Part shown: in pieces, positions 7,783-15,751 of the stretch
How positions within the stretch are numbered: the stretch's first letter is position 1
Layout: each line of letters starts with the position of its first letter
Origin: a virus
Lineage: Duplodnaviria > Caudoviricetes
DNA length: 57,495 nt
IMG/VR virus record: IMGVR_UViG_3300034071_002361
Coordinates: 1-57,495 of that record
Strand: one strand, 5' to 3'
Program-made: the position numbers and the translations under genes
Notes under the pieces: model-generated
The model's database searches: none
Seen by the model: only the letters and a program-made list of their open reading frames with translations
Told to the model about the DNA's origin: nothing

Positions 7783-9269
7783 GCCGCACCGCCCTTGCCG
7801 TAGCCGGCGGCGATAATCAGCTCGGCCGCCTTGCGGCACGTCTCGAGCGTCGGCTTCAGGCCTGCGCCGCACGTAGCTCCGCCGCCTTCGATCCACTCGC
7901 CGTAGCTGTCCCACGGAGCAGAAGCAGCAAGGCGCCCCGCGACCACGTCGTAGAACAGACGATCGGCCAGCGCGTCGACGTCGACTGCGGTCTTGCGAGG
8001 CTCAGGCGCAGTGGCCCGCACCATCTTCACCGTGTCGCCCTTGGCAATGGGCAGCTCCACGCGGCGCAGCCAGATGCCCTCGTTGCGGATGGACTGTCCA
8101 GACGCTTGGTCGTACCGGATGAAGCTCGCGAACCAGCGCCCATCGTCAGCCAGCCCGCCGTAGATCTCAGGGGTTCGGATGAGGTCACCCCCGTGCGGGA
8201 ATGGTGAGATCTTGACCTCGCCAAAGTTGCCGCTGGCCCACCAGCTATCGTCCGGAAGGTCGGGCCTCACAGCCATCTGCCCGGGCTTGAAGCCGCGCTC
8301 GCGCGCATCCTCGGAATTGACCTCGTCGACGACCCAGCCCACGAGCGGTGCCGGCGCGCTGCCAAGGCCGCGCGTCTCGAAGTGGCCGGGCGCCATGGCT
8401 TCGTTCCACTCGGCCACCTTGTCGATCACCGGCGCCACGACCGCGTCGCGCGCAGCCTTGGCCCGCAGGTTCAGGTTCTCGGCGCGCTCCCGGGCCAGCT
8501 CGTCGTCCGCCTTGTTGAGCAGGCGCACCGCCTCTTGGGCATCCACGGGCCGGAAGGCGCGGAAGGCCACCATGCCGTGCGGACTGCCGACCACAACGGC
8601 CGACGGCTCGACAGCGCCGACGTGGTAGTTGGCATGCGCCTTCTGCTCCCGGGCCGCCGCGTCGCGCTCCGCGTCGCGCGCAGCCTCCACCGCCTTGAGC
8701 TGGCCCAGCAGCTCGTCGGCCCGATCCCGGTAGTTGCCGACCAGCGTGTTGCTCGCCATGAGCTGCTCGAGCAGGCTGTCCCGGTCCGCCAGCAGCTTCG
8801 CGTAGCGATCCTCGTCGTCCCGGCATTCGGTCCTGACCCCGCTGGGCGAGTGGATGACCACCTTCTCCACGTAGGGCGAGCCGGTCCGGGGATTGGGCGA
8901 GGACATCACCTCGAAGATGGTCGCGCAGCCCCAGCCATTGGGGAGCTGGCGGTTCCTCGGTACGGCCCGCTCAACGGCCGCATCGAAGGCGCCGCTGTCC
9001 ACGTAGGCGTCGATGGTGGCCTTGACCTCGGTCGTGGCCATGACGCGCCCGTCGTGCAGCGGCACGTCCACAGGGGTAAACGACTCCTCCCGCAGCTCGG
9101 CCTGCCGGCCGTCCGGGCCCATGCCTTCCGTCAGCTTGGCCAGCTCCTCGCGTTGACGCTCCAGACGCCCAAGGCACGCGCCCAGCTCGCCGACCGCAGT
9201 CGAGGACTCGCCATTGGCGATAGCCCTCATCGCGTTCCGAATCGAACGCTCGATACCACTCGTGATCAT
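7779..9269 (-). CDS. Large hypothetical early protein
   Basis: 496-aa ORF with strong TAAGGAGG SD; first gene of the leftward arm. Confidence 0.7.
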   Translation of the reverse strand: MITSGIERSIRNAMRAIANGESSTAVGELGACLGRLERQREELAKLTEGMGPDGRQAELREESFTPVDVPLHDGRVMATTEVKATIDAYVDSGAFDAAVERAVPRNRQLPNGWGCATIFEVMSSPNPRTGSPYVEKVVIHSPSGVRTECRDDEDRYAKLLADRDSLLEQLMASNTLVGNYRDRADELLGQLKAVEAARDAERDAAAREQKAHANYHVGAVEPSAVVVGSPHGMVAFRAFRPVDAQEAVRLLNKADDELARERAENLNLRAKAARDAVVAPVIDKVAEWNEAMAPGHFETRGLGSAPAPLVGWVVDEVNSEDARERGFKPGQMAVRPDLPDDSWWASGNFGEVKISPFPHGGDLIRTPEIYGGLADDGRWFASFIRYDQASGQSIRNEGIWLRRVELPIAKGDTVKMVRATAPEPRKTAVDVDALADRLFYDVVAGRLAASAPWDSYGEWIEGGGATCGAGLKPTLETCRKAAELIIAAGYGKGGAA

Positions 9270-9549
9270 TGCCGCCTCCTTACTGGCACCGCGCCAGTTT
9301 CTGTACGCGATTGTGCGCCCATTTCAGGCCGCAAACCAATAGGCCGAAGCTATCGAGATGGGGGAATTGACCCAAAGCTGTGCATCGAGGTGGCAGCATT
9401 GCCGCGCCCTGTATGTGCCCGGTCGCGCCGGTGCGGGGTAGGGGATTGACCGCCCAGTGCTAGCTGCCCAGCCTCGCAGCGCGACCCGTTCACCTCCAGC
9501 CGGAGCAATCGCCTTGCGCCCGACCGCCGCTCTACCGCAGAATCTCTTC

Positions 9550-9620
9550 AGCCGCCCGTTGTTCGCCTCCTTGAACGCAGCGGCTCCGCCCCGGCCGGGC
9601 CCATCCTGCCGGGGCTTTTT
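9550..9620 (+). ncRNA. Candidate late-leader small RNA (two hairpins, ends at terminator)
   Basis: Possible promoter TTGCGC-18-CAGAAT (9514-9543); hairpin GTTC-GCCTCCTT-GAAC; terminator hairpin with loop containing GGCCCATCC. Confidence 0.4.
9588..9620 (+). terminator. Intrinsic terminator directly upstream of the lysis genes (tR'-like position)
   Basis: GCCCCGGC-N12-GCCGGGGC-TTTTT. Confidence 0.8.
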
Positions 9621-9638
9621 CATGTCTGGGGCACTGGC

Positions 9639-10361
9639 ATGACGCCTCCAGACGGCCTTGAGCTGCTGGCCAAGCTGCCGACGCTCGTCGAGGTCGGCGG
9701 CGCTCTGGCGGCCATCTGGGGTGGCTGGGTGGCATGGCTCCGCTGGGTCTGGCCGAAGTTCAAGGGCACCGGGCGCGCGCTGGCCGGGCTCATGGAGCTG
9801 GGCACCCGGGCCGGCGAGCTGACCGACGGTCTGGGCCGCATGTCCGCCATCGAGGAGTCGCTGGCCGCGGTCAAGCACGAGGTGCTGCCCAATGGCGGCG
9901 GCAGCCTCCGCGACGCGGTAGCGCGCACCGAGGCCAGCGTCAGCCTGTTCCTGAGCCAACAGCGAGCCCGGGACGACGCCGAGGACGAGGTCGTCCGCAT
10001 CGACATCGACGAGACGGGACGCGTCACATGGGTGGCCGCTGCCCTGACCCGCTGGACCGAGCGCACGAGCGACGAGCTGCGCGGCCATGGCTGGCTGAGC
10101 TTCATCCACCCGGACGAGCGCGAGGACGTCGCCGAGGAATACACGCGCTGCATCCGCCACAAGCGCCAGTTCGACTCAGCCTTCCGCCTGATCGATCGCA
10201 GTGGCGAGTCGACGATCGTGCGCATGTCCACGCTGCCGGTGACCATCGTCGTCGGTGGCCGCGAGGAGACGCGCTGGACCGCGATCATGAAGCGCCGAAG
10301 CAACATCCCCGAAGCCTTGGCCGCCCCTGAGCGAGCCCCTGTCCAGAGCCGAGCCCCATGA
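9639..10361 (+). CDS. Membrane protein with C-terminal PAS domain, in the holin position
   Basis: N-terminal TM, PNGGGSLRDAV motif, PAS signature GWLSFIHPDERE...F.SAFRLIDRSGE. Confidence 0.75.
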   Translation: MTPPDGLELLAKLPTLVEVGGALAAIWGGWVAWLRWVWPKFKGTGRALAGLMELGTRAGELTDGLGRMSAIEESLAAVKHEVLPNGGGSLRDAVARTEASVSLFLSQQRARDDAEDEVVRIDIDETGRVTWVAAALTRWTERTSDELRGHGWLSFIHPDEREDVAEEYTRCIRHKRQFDSAFRLIDRSGESTIVRMSTLPVTIVVGGREETRWTAIMKRRSNIPEALAAPERAPVQSRAP

Positions 10362-10966
10362 GCCAGCCTGCCCAACAGCGCCCCGGCCGCGCGCCGCCCC
10401 GCGCTGTCGCTTTCCTCGGTGGCGTGGTCATCCTCGGCGCAACCGGCGCGTGGAACATCATCAGCCGCTGGGAGGGTGGCGGCGAGGTCCACCTCGAGGT
10501 CTACGCCGACCAGCTCGCAGGCGGCCTGCCCACCGTGTGCGATGGCCTCACGCGCCACGTCACCACGACGCCGATCATCGTCGGCCAGAAGTGGACGCTG
10601 GAGCAGTGCGGCCGCGAAGAGAGCATGGCGCTGGAGAAGGTGCAGCAGTCGCTGCTCCGCTGCTTCAAGCGCGTGCCGCCGCAGTCCGTCTTCGACTCCG
10701 CCACCAGCCACGCGTGGAACAACGGCGCGCCCAACACGTGCGCCAGCATCGCCATGAAGCACTGGAACGCAGGCAGCTGGCGCAGTGGCTGCGAGCGCAT
10801 GGCCCGCGATAGCGAGGGCCGGCCGGTGTGGTCCTACGTGCGCACCGGGCGGATGATCCCCGACGGCAAGGGCGGCATGAAGCCCGAGATGCGTTTCGTG
10901 CAGGGCCTGTTCAACCGCCGGCAGGACGAAGCGAACGCCTGCGTCGCCGACATCAAAAACCCCTAG
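10358..10966 (+). CDS. SAR endolysin (GH24 lysozyme)
   Basis: Gly/Ala-rich N-terminal TM; WEG...YADQLAGGLPTVCDGLT catalytic region; GLFNRRQDE C-terminal motif. Confidence 0.88.
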   Translation: MSQPAQQRPGRAPPRAVAFLGGVVILGATGAWNIISRWEGGGEVHLEVYADQLAGGLPTVCDGLTRHVTTTPIIVGQKWTLEQCGREESMALEKVQQSLLRCFKRVPPQSVFDSATSHAWNNGAPNTCASIAMKHWNAGSWRSGCERMARDSEGRPVWSYVRTGRMIPDGKGGMKPEMRFVQGLFNRRQDEANACVADIKNP

Positions 10967-10998
10967 CGCCGTTCGCGGCGCTGCCTGAGCATGTGCCC

Positions 10999-11232
10999 AT
11001 GATCGAAACGCCCACCACGCTGGCAGAAGCCGCAGCGCTCATCCGCGACATCGCAGACCGCGTCGAGGCTGGCGGCCAAGACAACAGCGTCGTGTGCGTC
11101 ATCCAGACCGAAGGCAGGGCCCAGCTCTACCTGTTCGCCGACGAGCCCGTGCTCGCCATGGACGCTGCCTGCAGCATGCTCGAGTCGGCCTGCGCCGCCA
11201 TCGAGATCCAGCCCAACGAGAGGACGCACTGA
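10999..11232 (+). CDS. Hypothetical protein
   Basis: MIETPTTLAEAAALIRDIADRVE...; TGATG coupling to next gene. Confidence 0.6.
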   Translation: MIETPTTLAEAAALIRDIADRVEAGGQDNSVVCVIQTEGRAQLYLFADEPVLAMDAACSMLESACAAIEIQPNERTH

Positions 11233-11543
11233 TGTTCGACCAACTGCGGCTCGTACTGCCCAAAGACTCGCGCCCCACCGAGCTGGCCCTGTCCATCTGG
11301 CGTGCTGGCGTGACGCCGTTCTCGTGGGCGATGCAGCTCGGCCCCGACTTCCTGCCCGAGCAGTCCATGGCCCAGCTCGTGACGTGGTCGGCGCACGAGG
11401 CCTACGAGCGCATGGTCCACGACCAGCATCTGGCCAATGCGATCAACCGCGCCGACGAGCTGCTGCGCGCGCAGGGCTACCACCGCAACGTCGACGACAT
11501 CATCACCGACCAGCTCGTCGAGGAGGTTGCCCGTGCTCAGTAA
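11232..11543 (+). CDS. Hypothetical protein
   Basis: MFDQLRLVLPKD...; translationally coupled. Confidence 0.6.
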   Translation: MFDQLRLVLPKDSRPTELALSIWRAGVTPFSWAMQLGPDFLPEQSMAQLVTWSAHEAYERMVHDQHLANAINRADELLRAQGYHRNVDDIITDQLVEEVARAQ

Positions 11544-11934
11544 GCTAACCCTGCCCGTCGCCACCAAGGTCATCGCTGGCCTCGGCGTCCTGCTGATCGT
11601 CACCGGCATCACGCTGGTGGCAACTGCTCGCTGGGGCTGGAACAAGTCCGTCGCGCTCGCATCGGCACGTCAGGCCTGCGATGACCGCGTCGCCGTCTTG
11701 CAAGCCGAGGCCAAGGCGCAAGGCGCGCAGAACGCGCTGGCCTACACCCGCGGCTTCAACGACGCCGCGCAGCAGGTCGACGAGGACTTCGCCGCCACGC
11801 TCGAGGACATCGCTGGCGAGCAGCGCAGCGTGCTCGGCAAGTACGAGCGCCTGCTGTCCACCATTCCGCCGCTCGATCCGAACTGCGGCCCCGGCCAGCA
11901 GCGCGTCGACGCGTTCAACGAGGGCTGGCAGTGA
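11533..11934 (+). CDS. Inner-membrane spanin (Rz-like)
   Basis: GAGGAGG SD, N-terminal TM, periplasmic coiled coil, C-terminal Cys (DPNCGP). Confidence 0.65.
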   Translation: MLSKLTLPVATKVIAGLGVLLIVTGITLVATARWGWNKSVALASARQACDDRVAVLQAEAKAQGAQNALAYTRGFNDAAQQVDEDFAATLEDIAGEQRSVLGKYERLLSTIPPLDPNCGPGQQRVDAFNEGWQ

Positions 11935-12167
11935 GCAGGGTCGTCATCTCCGTCGACGACACCGCCCGGGTCGCGGCCAAGCTGCGCGCGCACTTCGTGC
12001 CCAAGGAGTCGTTCCAGCCTGACGATGGCGTGCTCGGCTTCATCGATGGCTTCCAGATCATGGTGGACGAGGGCTTCATCAAGATGCTCCGCCCCCGCAA
12101 CCCGCACACGCTGTACCGCAAGCGCATCAAGCGCACCGACAAGACCCGCCGAAGGAGCACCCGATGA
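11931..12167 (+). CDS. Hypothetical protein
   Basis: 78 aa with GTGA overlap. Confidence 0.55.
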   Translation: MSRVVISVDDTARVAAKLRAHFVPKESFQPDDGVLGFIDGFQIMVDEGFIKMLRPRNPHTLYRKRIKRTDKTRRRSTR

Positions 12168-12559
12168 ACAGCCGCGACGCCTCCGTCCCCGCTCACGACG
12201 AGCAGACCCTCGAACAGCTCCTGATCGACAAGGGCCTGATCGACAAGGGCCTGATCGACAAGGGCCTGATCGCCCCGCGCATCACGCCCGAGCGCATCGA
12301 CGCCCTCATCGTCTCCGAGCAGTACCACGTCTTCGACGGTGCTTTCGGTGAAGGCCCGCGCTTCACGGCCTGCCTGCTGACTCTGTCCAACGGCTACCAA
12401 GTGCTCGGGGAGTCGTCGTGCGTTGACCACCGCAACTTCGATGCCGACGTCGGCCGCTCCATCGCCCGCAAGAACGCCCGCGACAAGATCTGGGCGCTGG
12501 AGGGCTACCTGCTGCGTGAGCAGCTCGCCAGCAACGTCGGCGCGGCGGTGGGCGCTTAA
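12164..12559 (+). CDS. Gp49-family phage protein
   Basis: KGLIAPRITPERID...TACLLTLSNGY.VLGESSCVD..NFDADVGR.IAR.NA.DKIWALEGYLL. Confidence 0.85.
   Translation: MNSRDASVPAHDEQTLEQLLIDKGLIDKGLIDKGLIAPRITPERIDALIVSEQYHVFDGAFGEGPRFTACLLTLSNGYQVLGESSCVDHRNFDADVGRSIARKNARDKIWALEGYLLREQLASNVGAAVGA
12220..12272 (+). repeat. 15-bp perfect tandem repeat (3.5 copies) encoding LIDKG x3
   Basis: cctgatcgacaaggg repeated. Confidence 0.95.
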
Positions 12560-12561
12560 CC

Positions 12562-12741
12562 ATGCGCGACCTCGCCCTCACCGCTGGCCTCTGGCTGCTG
12601 TCCCGCGGCGCGACGTTCGTCGGCCTCGTCGTCACGCTGACGGTGTGGGCGATGTTGATCCTCGTCGCGCTACTCGTGCTCGGCCTCGTGCTCGAGTCCA
12701 CGTTCTACGTCCTGCTGTCCCTGTTCGGCGGTGCGCTGTGA
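12562..12741 (+). CDS. Small hydrophobic membrane protein; holin/pinholin candidate
   Basis: Manual translation MRDLALTAGLWLLSRGATFVGLVVTLTVWAMLILVALLVLGLVLESTFYVLLSLFGGAL (59 aa, below the ORF-track cutoff). Confidence 0.5.
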   Translation: MRDLALTAGLWLLSRGATFVGLVVTLTVWAMLILVALLVLGLVLESTFYVLLSLFGGAL

Positions 12742-12974
12742 CTGAGCCCTTGATGACCCACAAAGGCTGGCACCTGTTCTGCCCGGTGAACGTCGGCTTC
12801 GACGACGAGAGCCTGTACATGGAGCCGCGCCACTGGTCGCTCGAGCCTGTGCTGTGGCTGGCCATCAAGCTCGGCGACCTCTTCACCTTCCTCGCTCAGC
12901 AGGCGAACCCGGATTTCCCCGCCGGCTACGTCGTCAAGCTGACCGGCAAGATCAGCCCCAAGTCCTACCTCTAG
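12738..12974 (+). CDS. Hypothetical protein
   Basis: GTGA overlap; THKGWHLFCPV..G.....EPRHW. Confidence 0.6.
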   Translation: MTEPLMTHKGWHLFCPVNVGFDDESLYMEPRHWSLEPVLWLAIKLGDLFTFLAQQANPDFPAGYVVKLTGKISPKSYL

Positions 12975-12983
12975 GAGCCCGCT

Positions 12984-13286
12984 ATGCGCAGCGTCATCTA
13001 CCAGTCCGAAACCATCGACAACGCGGAGCACGAGTTCGGCGAATCCATGGAGCCGCGCATCCCGGCGGTCATGATCACCAACGACGGCTACGAGGTTGCG
13101 ATGCTGTTCACCCGCTCGCAGATCGTCGCGGCCACCGAGCGTGCCGACAACGAGCCTGTCGAGGCCAACGAGATCCTGACGCGGTACGCGCGCAGCCGTG
13201 CCCGGCTGATTGCCATGGTCGTTGGGAGCATCGCCTTCAGCGGCGTCGCTGGCTTCCTCGCTGGCACGCTCGGGGTGGTGCCGTGA
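12984..13286 (+). CDS. Hypothetical protein with C-terminal TM
   Basis: AGGAG SD; hydrophobic C-terminus. Confidence 0.65.
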   Translation: MRSVIYQSETIDNAEHEFGESMEPRIPAVMITNDGYEVAMLFTRSQIVAATERADNEPVEANEILTRYARSRARLIAMVVGSIAFSGVAGFLAGTLGVVP

Positions 13287-13585
13287 GTCGCGCACTGCTG
13301 GCACTGGCCGCGCTGCTGCTGGCCGCCTGCACGCCAAAGCTCCCGCCCGAGTACGTGCCGCCGCTGCTCGTCTGCAGCAACGCGTGCGAGACACCGTGCG
13401 ATCGCACCGTGCCGGCGTGGACACCGCCCGACGTCCTCGACCCGGCCGCGTGGGATCTCATCAAGCCGCAGGTCGTTGCGCCGCTCAAGGCCAAGCTCGA
13501 CGTGTGCGAGGAGCGCCGCGCCGCGTGCGTTGCGTGCATGGACGAGGCCGAGCGTCAGGGCATCGTGATCCGGCAGGACCAGTGA
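13283..13585 (+). CDS. Lipoprotein; outer-membrane spanin (Rz1-like) candidate
   Basis: Signal peptide with lipobox LLLAAC, Pro- and Cys-rich mature region. Confidence 0.65.
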   Translation: MSRALLALAALLLAACTPKLPPEYVPPLLVCSNACETPCDRTVPAWTPPDVLDPAAWDLIKPQVVAPLKAKLDVCEERRAACVACMDEAERQGIVIRQDQ

Positions 13586-14010
13586 ACAAGCTCCCCTCCT
13601 TCCCGCTCGAGGCGAAAGAGGGCGAGTTCATTGCCGCCGACGAGACGCCGCAGCCCGAGGATCTCGCTCGCCTTGAGCTGCCTCATGCGCCTGAAGGCCC
13701 GGCCAACCGGCTCATCGGCAGGCTGCCGGATGTCGCCGACCTCAACCCCGAGTGGATCATCAAGCGCCTCATGGTCGAAGCGACCGACCGCGGCACCCGT
13801 ACGCGGCAGTCGTCGCGCGTCAAGGCGCTGGAGACGCTGGCCAAGATCACGCGCCTGATCGACGACGGCGTGCCGAAGGAGCCTGACGCCGAGGAGCGTG
13901 CCAAGGCGCTCGACCCCGAGACGCGCCGCAAGGTGATCGCCGCCAAGATCAAGCAGCTCGTCGAGGCCGGGGTCATCCAGAGGGAGGATCTCGATGGACC
14001 AGCCCGCTGA
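13582..14010 (+). CDS. Terminase small subunit-like protein
   Basis: EWIIKRLMVEA...SSRVKALETLAK helical motif typical of TerS C-terminal half. Confidence 0.5.
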   Translation: MNKLPSFPLEAKEGEFIAADETPQPEDLARLELPHAPEGPANRLIGRLPDVADLNPEWIIKRLMVEATDRGTRTRQSSRVKALETLAKITRLIDDGVPKEPDAEERAKALDPETRRKVIAAKIKQLVEAGVIQREDLDGPAR

Positions 14011-14608
14011 GGTCTACACGCCGGACCGCATCCGTTCCATGGCCGCGCTGGTCTACCGGCTTTCGGCCGGCAACGCCCACGTGCGCGAGGTGGGCAACTA
14101 CCTCGCCTCCTGCGCTGCAGCGGCCGACCAGAACGGCGACCTGCTGCAGCAGCGCAACCACCTCCGCGCCGAGCTGGGCCGGCTGCAGGGCGCCGTGGCC
14201 GAGGCCGATGCGGCCCGGCTCGAGGTGGCCAGACTGAAGGCCGACCTGCTCCAGACGCTGCAGGCGCTCTCAGCGGCCCGTCAGGTCGCCGCCATGGACC
14301 GCGCAGCCCGGGAGCACGCCGAGGGCGAGATGCGCGGACAGCGGCTCTGGCTCGAGCTGGCGCGCGCCATGGTCGAGGAGGCGCGCCAGCTGCTTCCCGC
14401 CGACAAGGCCGCCCTGCTCGACCCCATGCGCGCCGCCCGCGTGGCCGCCAGTGACCGCGGCCTGCTGGCCGAGGCCGGCCTCATGTTGCGCCGTCTCGCC
14501 CGGTGGGCCAGCCTCGCGGCCCAGAACGCCGGCAACGAGGCGGCCAAGGCCGACGTCGCTGCCGCTGAAGCCCTACTGGAGCGACCCGAGTGGCCGACGA
14601 AATCCTGA
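13994..14608 (+). CDS. Hypothetical coiled-coil protein
   Basis: GGAGG SD; Ala/Leu/Arg helices. Confidence 0.6.
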   Translation: MDQPAEVYTPDRIRSMAALVYRLSAGNAHVREVGNYLASCAAAADQNGDLLQQRNHLRAELGRLQGAVAEADAARLEVARLKADLLQTLQALSAARQVAAMDRAAREHAEGEMRGQRLWLELARAMVEEARQLLPADKAALLDPMRAARVAASDRGLLAEAGLMLRRLARWASLAAQNAGNEAAKADVAAAEALLERPEWPTKS

Positions 14609-15741
14609 CCATCGACGAGATCTACGACGTCGTTAAGTCGCGCTGGCCCGGCGAGGAAGGCCGCATCCTGCGGCAGCTCGGCATTCAGGCGCCGATCCTT
14701 CGCGCCGACCTTGCTGCCGACGGTGGCGCGATCGTTGGCATCGACCCGCCTCCGGGCTATACCGCCACCACGCTGAACGAGCTGCTCGTCGAGATCGCTG
14801 CGAACGGCAGCATCGGCCCGCAGGGCCCGCCCGGCGTCGACGGTGCTCAGGGCCCGCCCGGCACCGGCATGATCTGGTACACGATCATCGGGGCCAACGT
14901 CACCGTCGCCGACAACAGCGGCTACCTCATGGTCACGGGCGGCACGCTGCGCGAGGCGTTCATCCCCGCTGGCGTTGGGCCGGGCTTCCGCTTCGCAGTC
15001 CATGCGGATGGCGCGCAGGTCCGCATCGTCGCGGGCAGCAACACGATCCTCGACGTCGGTGCGGGCAACGACCTGCTCGTGGACACTGGCGCCATCGCGA
15101 TGCTGGTTGCGCGCAGCACGGGCGTTCTGGAGGTCGTCGCCGGGCAGCTCATTGGCCCGCAGGGTGTGCAGGGGCCGGAGGGTCCGGAAGGTCCGCAGGG
15201 CATCCCGGGCACCCCGGGGACCAATGGCACAAACGGCACGAACGGCACCAACGGTGTCGACGGCGCTGACGGTGCCGATGGCGCTGACGGTGCGCCGGGC
15301 TCGGTCTGGTTCGATGGCGCGGGCGTCCCGGGCGCAGGCCTAGGAATCAACGGCGACTACTACCTCAACACCACCAACGGCGACGTCTACACGAAAGCCG
15401 CGGGTGCGTGGTCCGTCACCGGCAACATCCGCGGCCCGGCCGGTAGCGGCGGCGGCGGAGGCGGGGCGCCGGTCAGCACGGCAACGATCAACTTCGGCAC
15501 CGACCCCGCAAGCTCGCAGTGGCAGCAGGTCGTCATCGCCAACACCAGTGTCACCGCCACCAGCAAGATCGAGGTGTGGCTGCATGGCAGCACCGCCGAC
15601 AACAACGCCTACGAGCATGCGTTCGTGCCGATGAAGTTCGGCGTAGTCGCTCGCTCCGCCGGCGTCAACTTCACCCTGCTCTGCACCTGCGACTACGCGC
15701 TGAGCGGGGACTTCCAGATCGCTTACCGAATCACCGACTGA
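14590..15741 (+). CDS. Collagen-repeat tail/head fibre protein
   Basis: Gly-X-Y runs (GPQGPPG, GTNGTNG, GADGADG) and G.NGDYYLNTTNGDVY motif. Confidence 0.8.
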   Translation: MADEILTIDEIYDVVKSRWPGEEGRILRQLGIQAPILRADLAADGGAIVGIDPPPGYTATTLNELLVEIAANGSIGPQGPPGVDGAQGPPGTGMIWYTIIGANVTVADNSGYLMVTGGTLREAFIPAGVGPGFRFAVHADGAQVRIVAGSNTILDVGAGNDLLVDTGAIAMLVARSTGVLEVVAGQLIGPQGVQGPEGPEGPQGIPGTPGTNGTNGTNGTNGVDGADGADGADGAPGSVWFDGAGVPGAGLGINGDYYLNTTNGDVYTKAAGAWSVTGNIRGPAGSGGGGGGAPVSTATINFGTDPASSQWQQVVIANTSVTATSKIEVWLHGSTADNNAYEHAFVPMKFGVVARSAGVNFTLLCTCDYALSGDFQIAYRITD

Positions 15742-15751
15742 GGAACCAACC

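Noticed and set aside
9270-9545. tRNA or sigma54 promoter in the central intergenic region
   Set aside because: No cloverleaf/T-loop consensus seen; TGGCAC near 9285 lacks the TTGC -12 element
15175-15300. 9-bp tandem repeats as a DNA element
   Set aside because: They simply encode collagen Gly-X-Y triplets with synonymous variation
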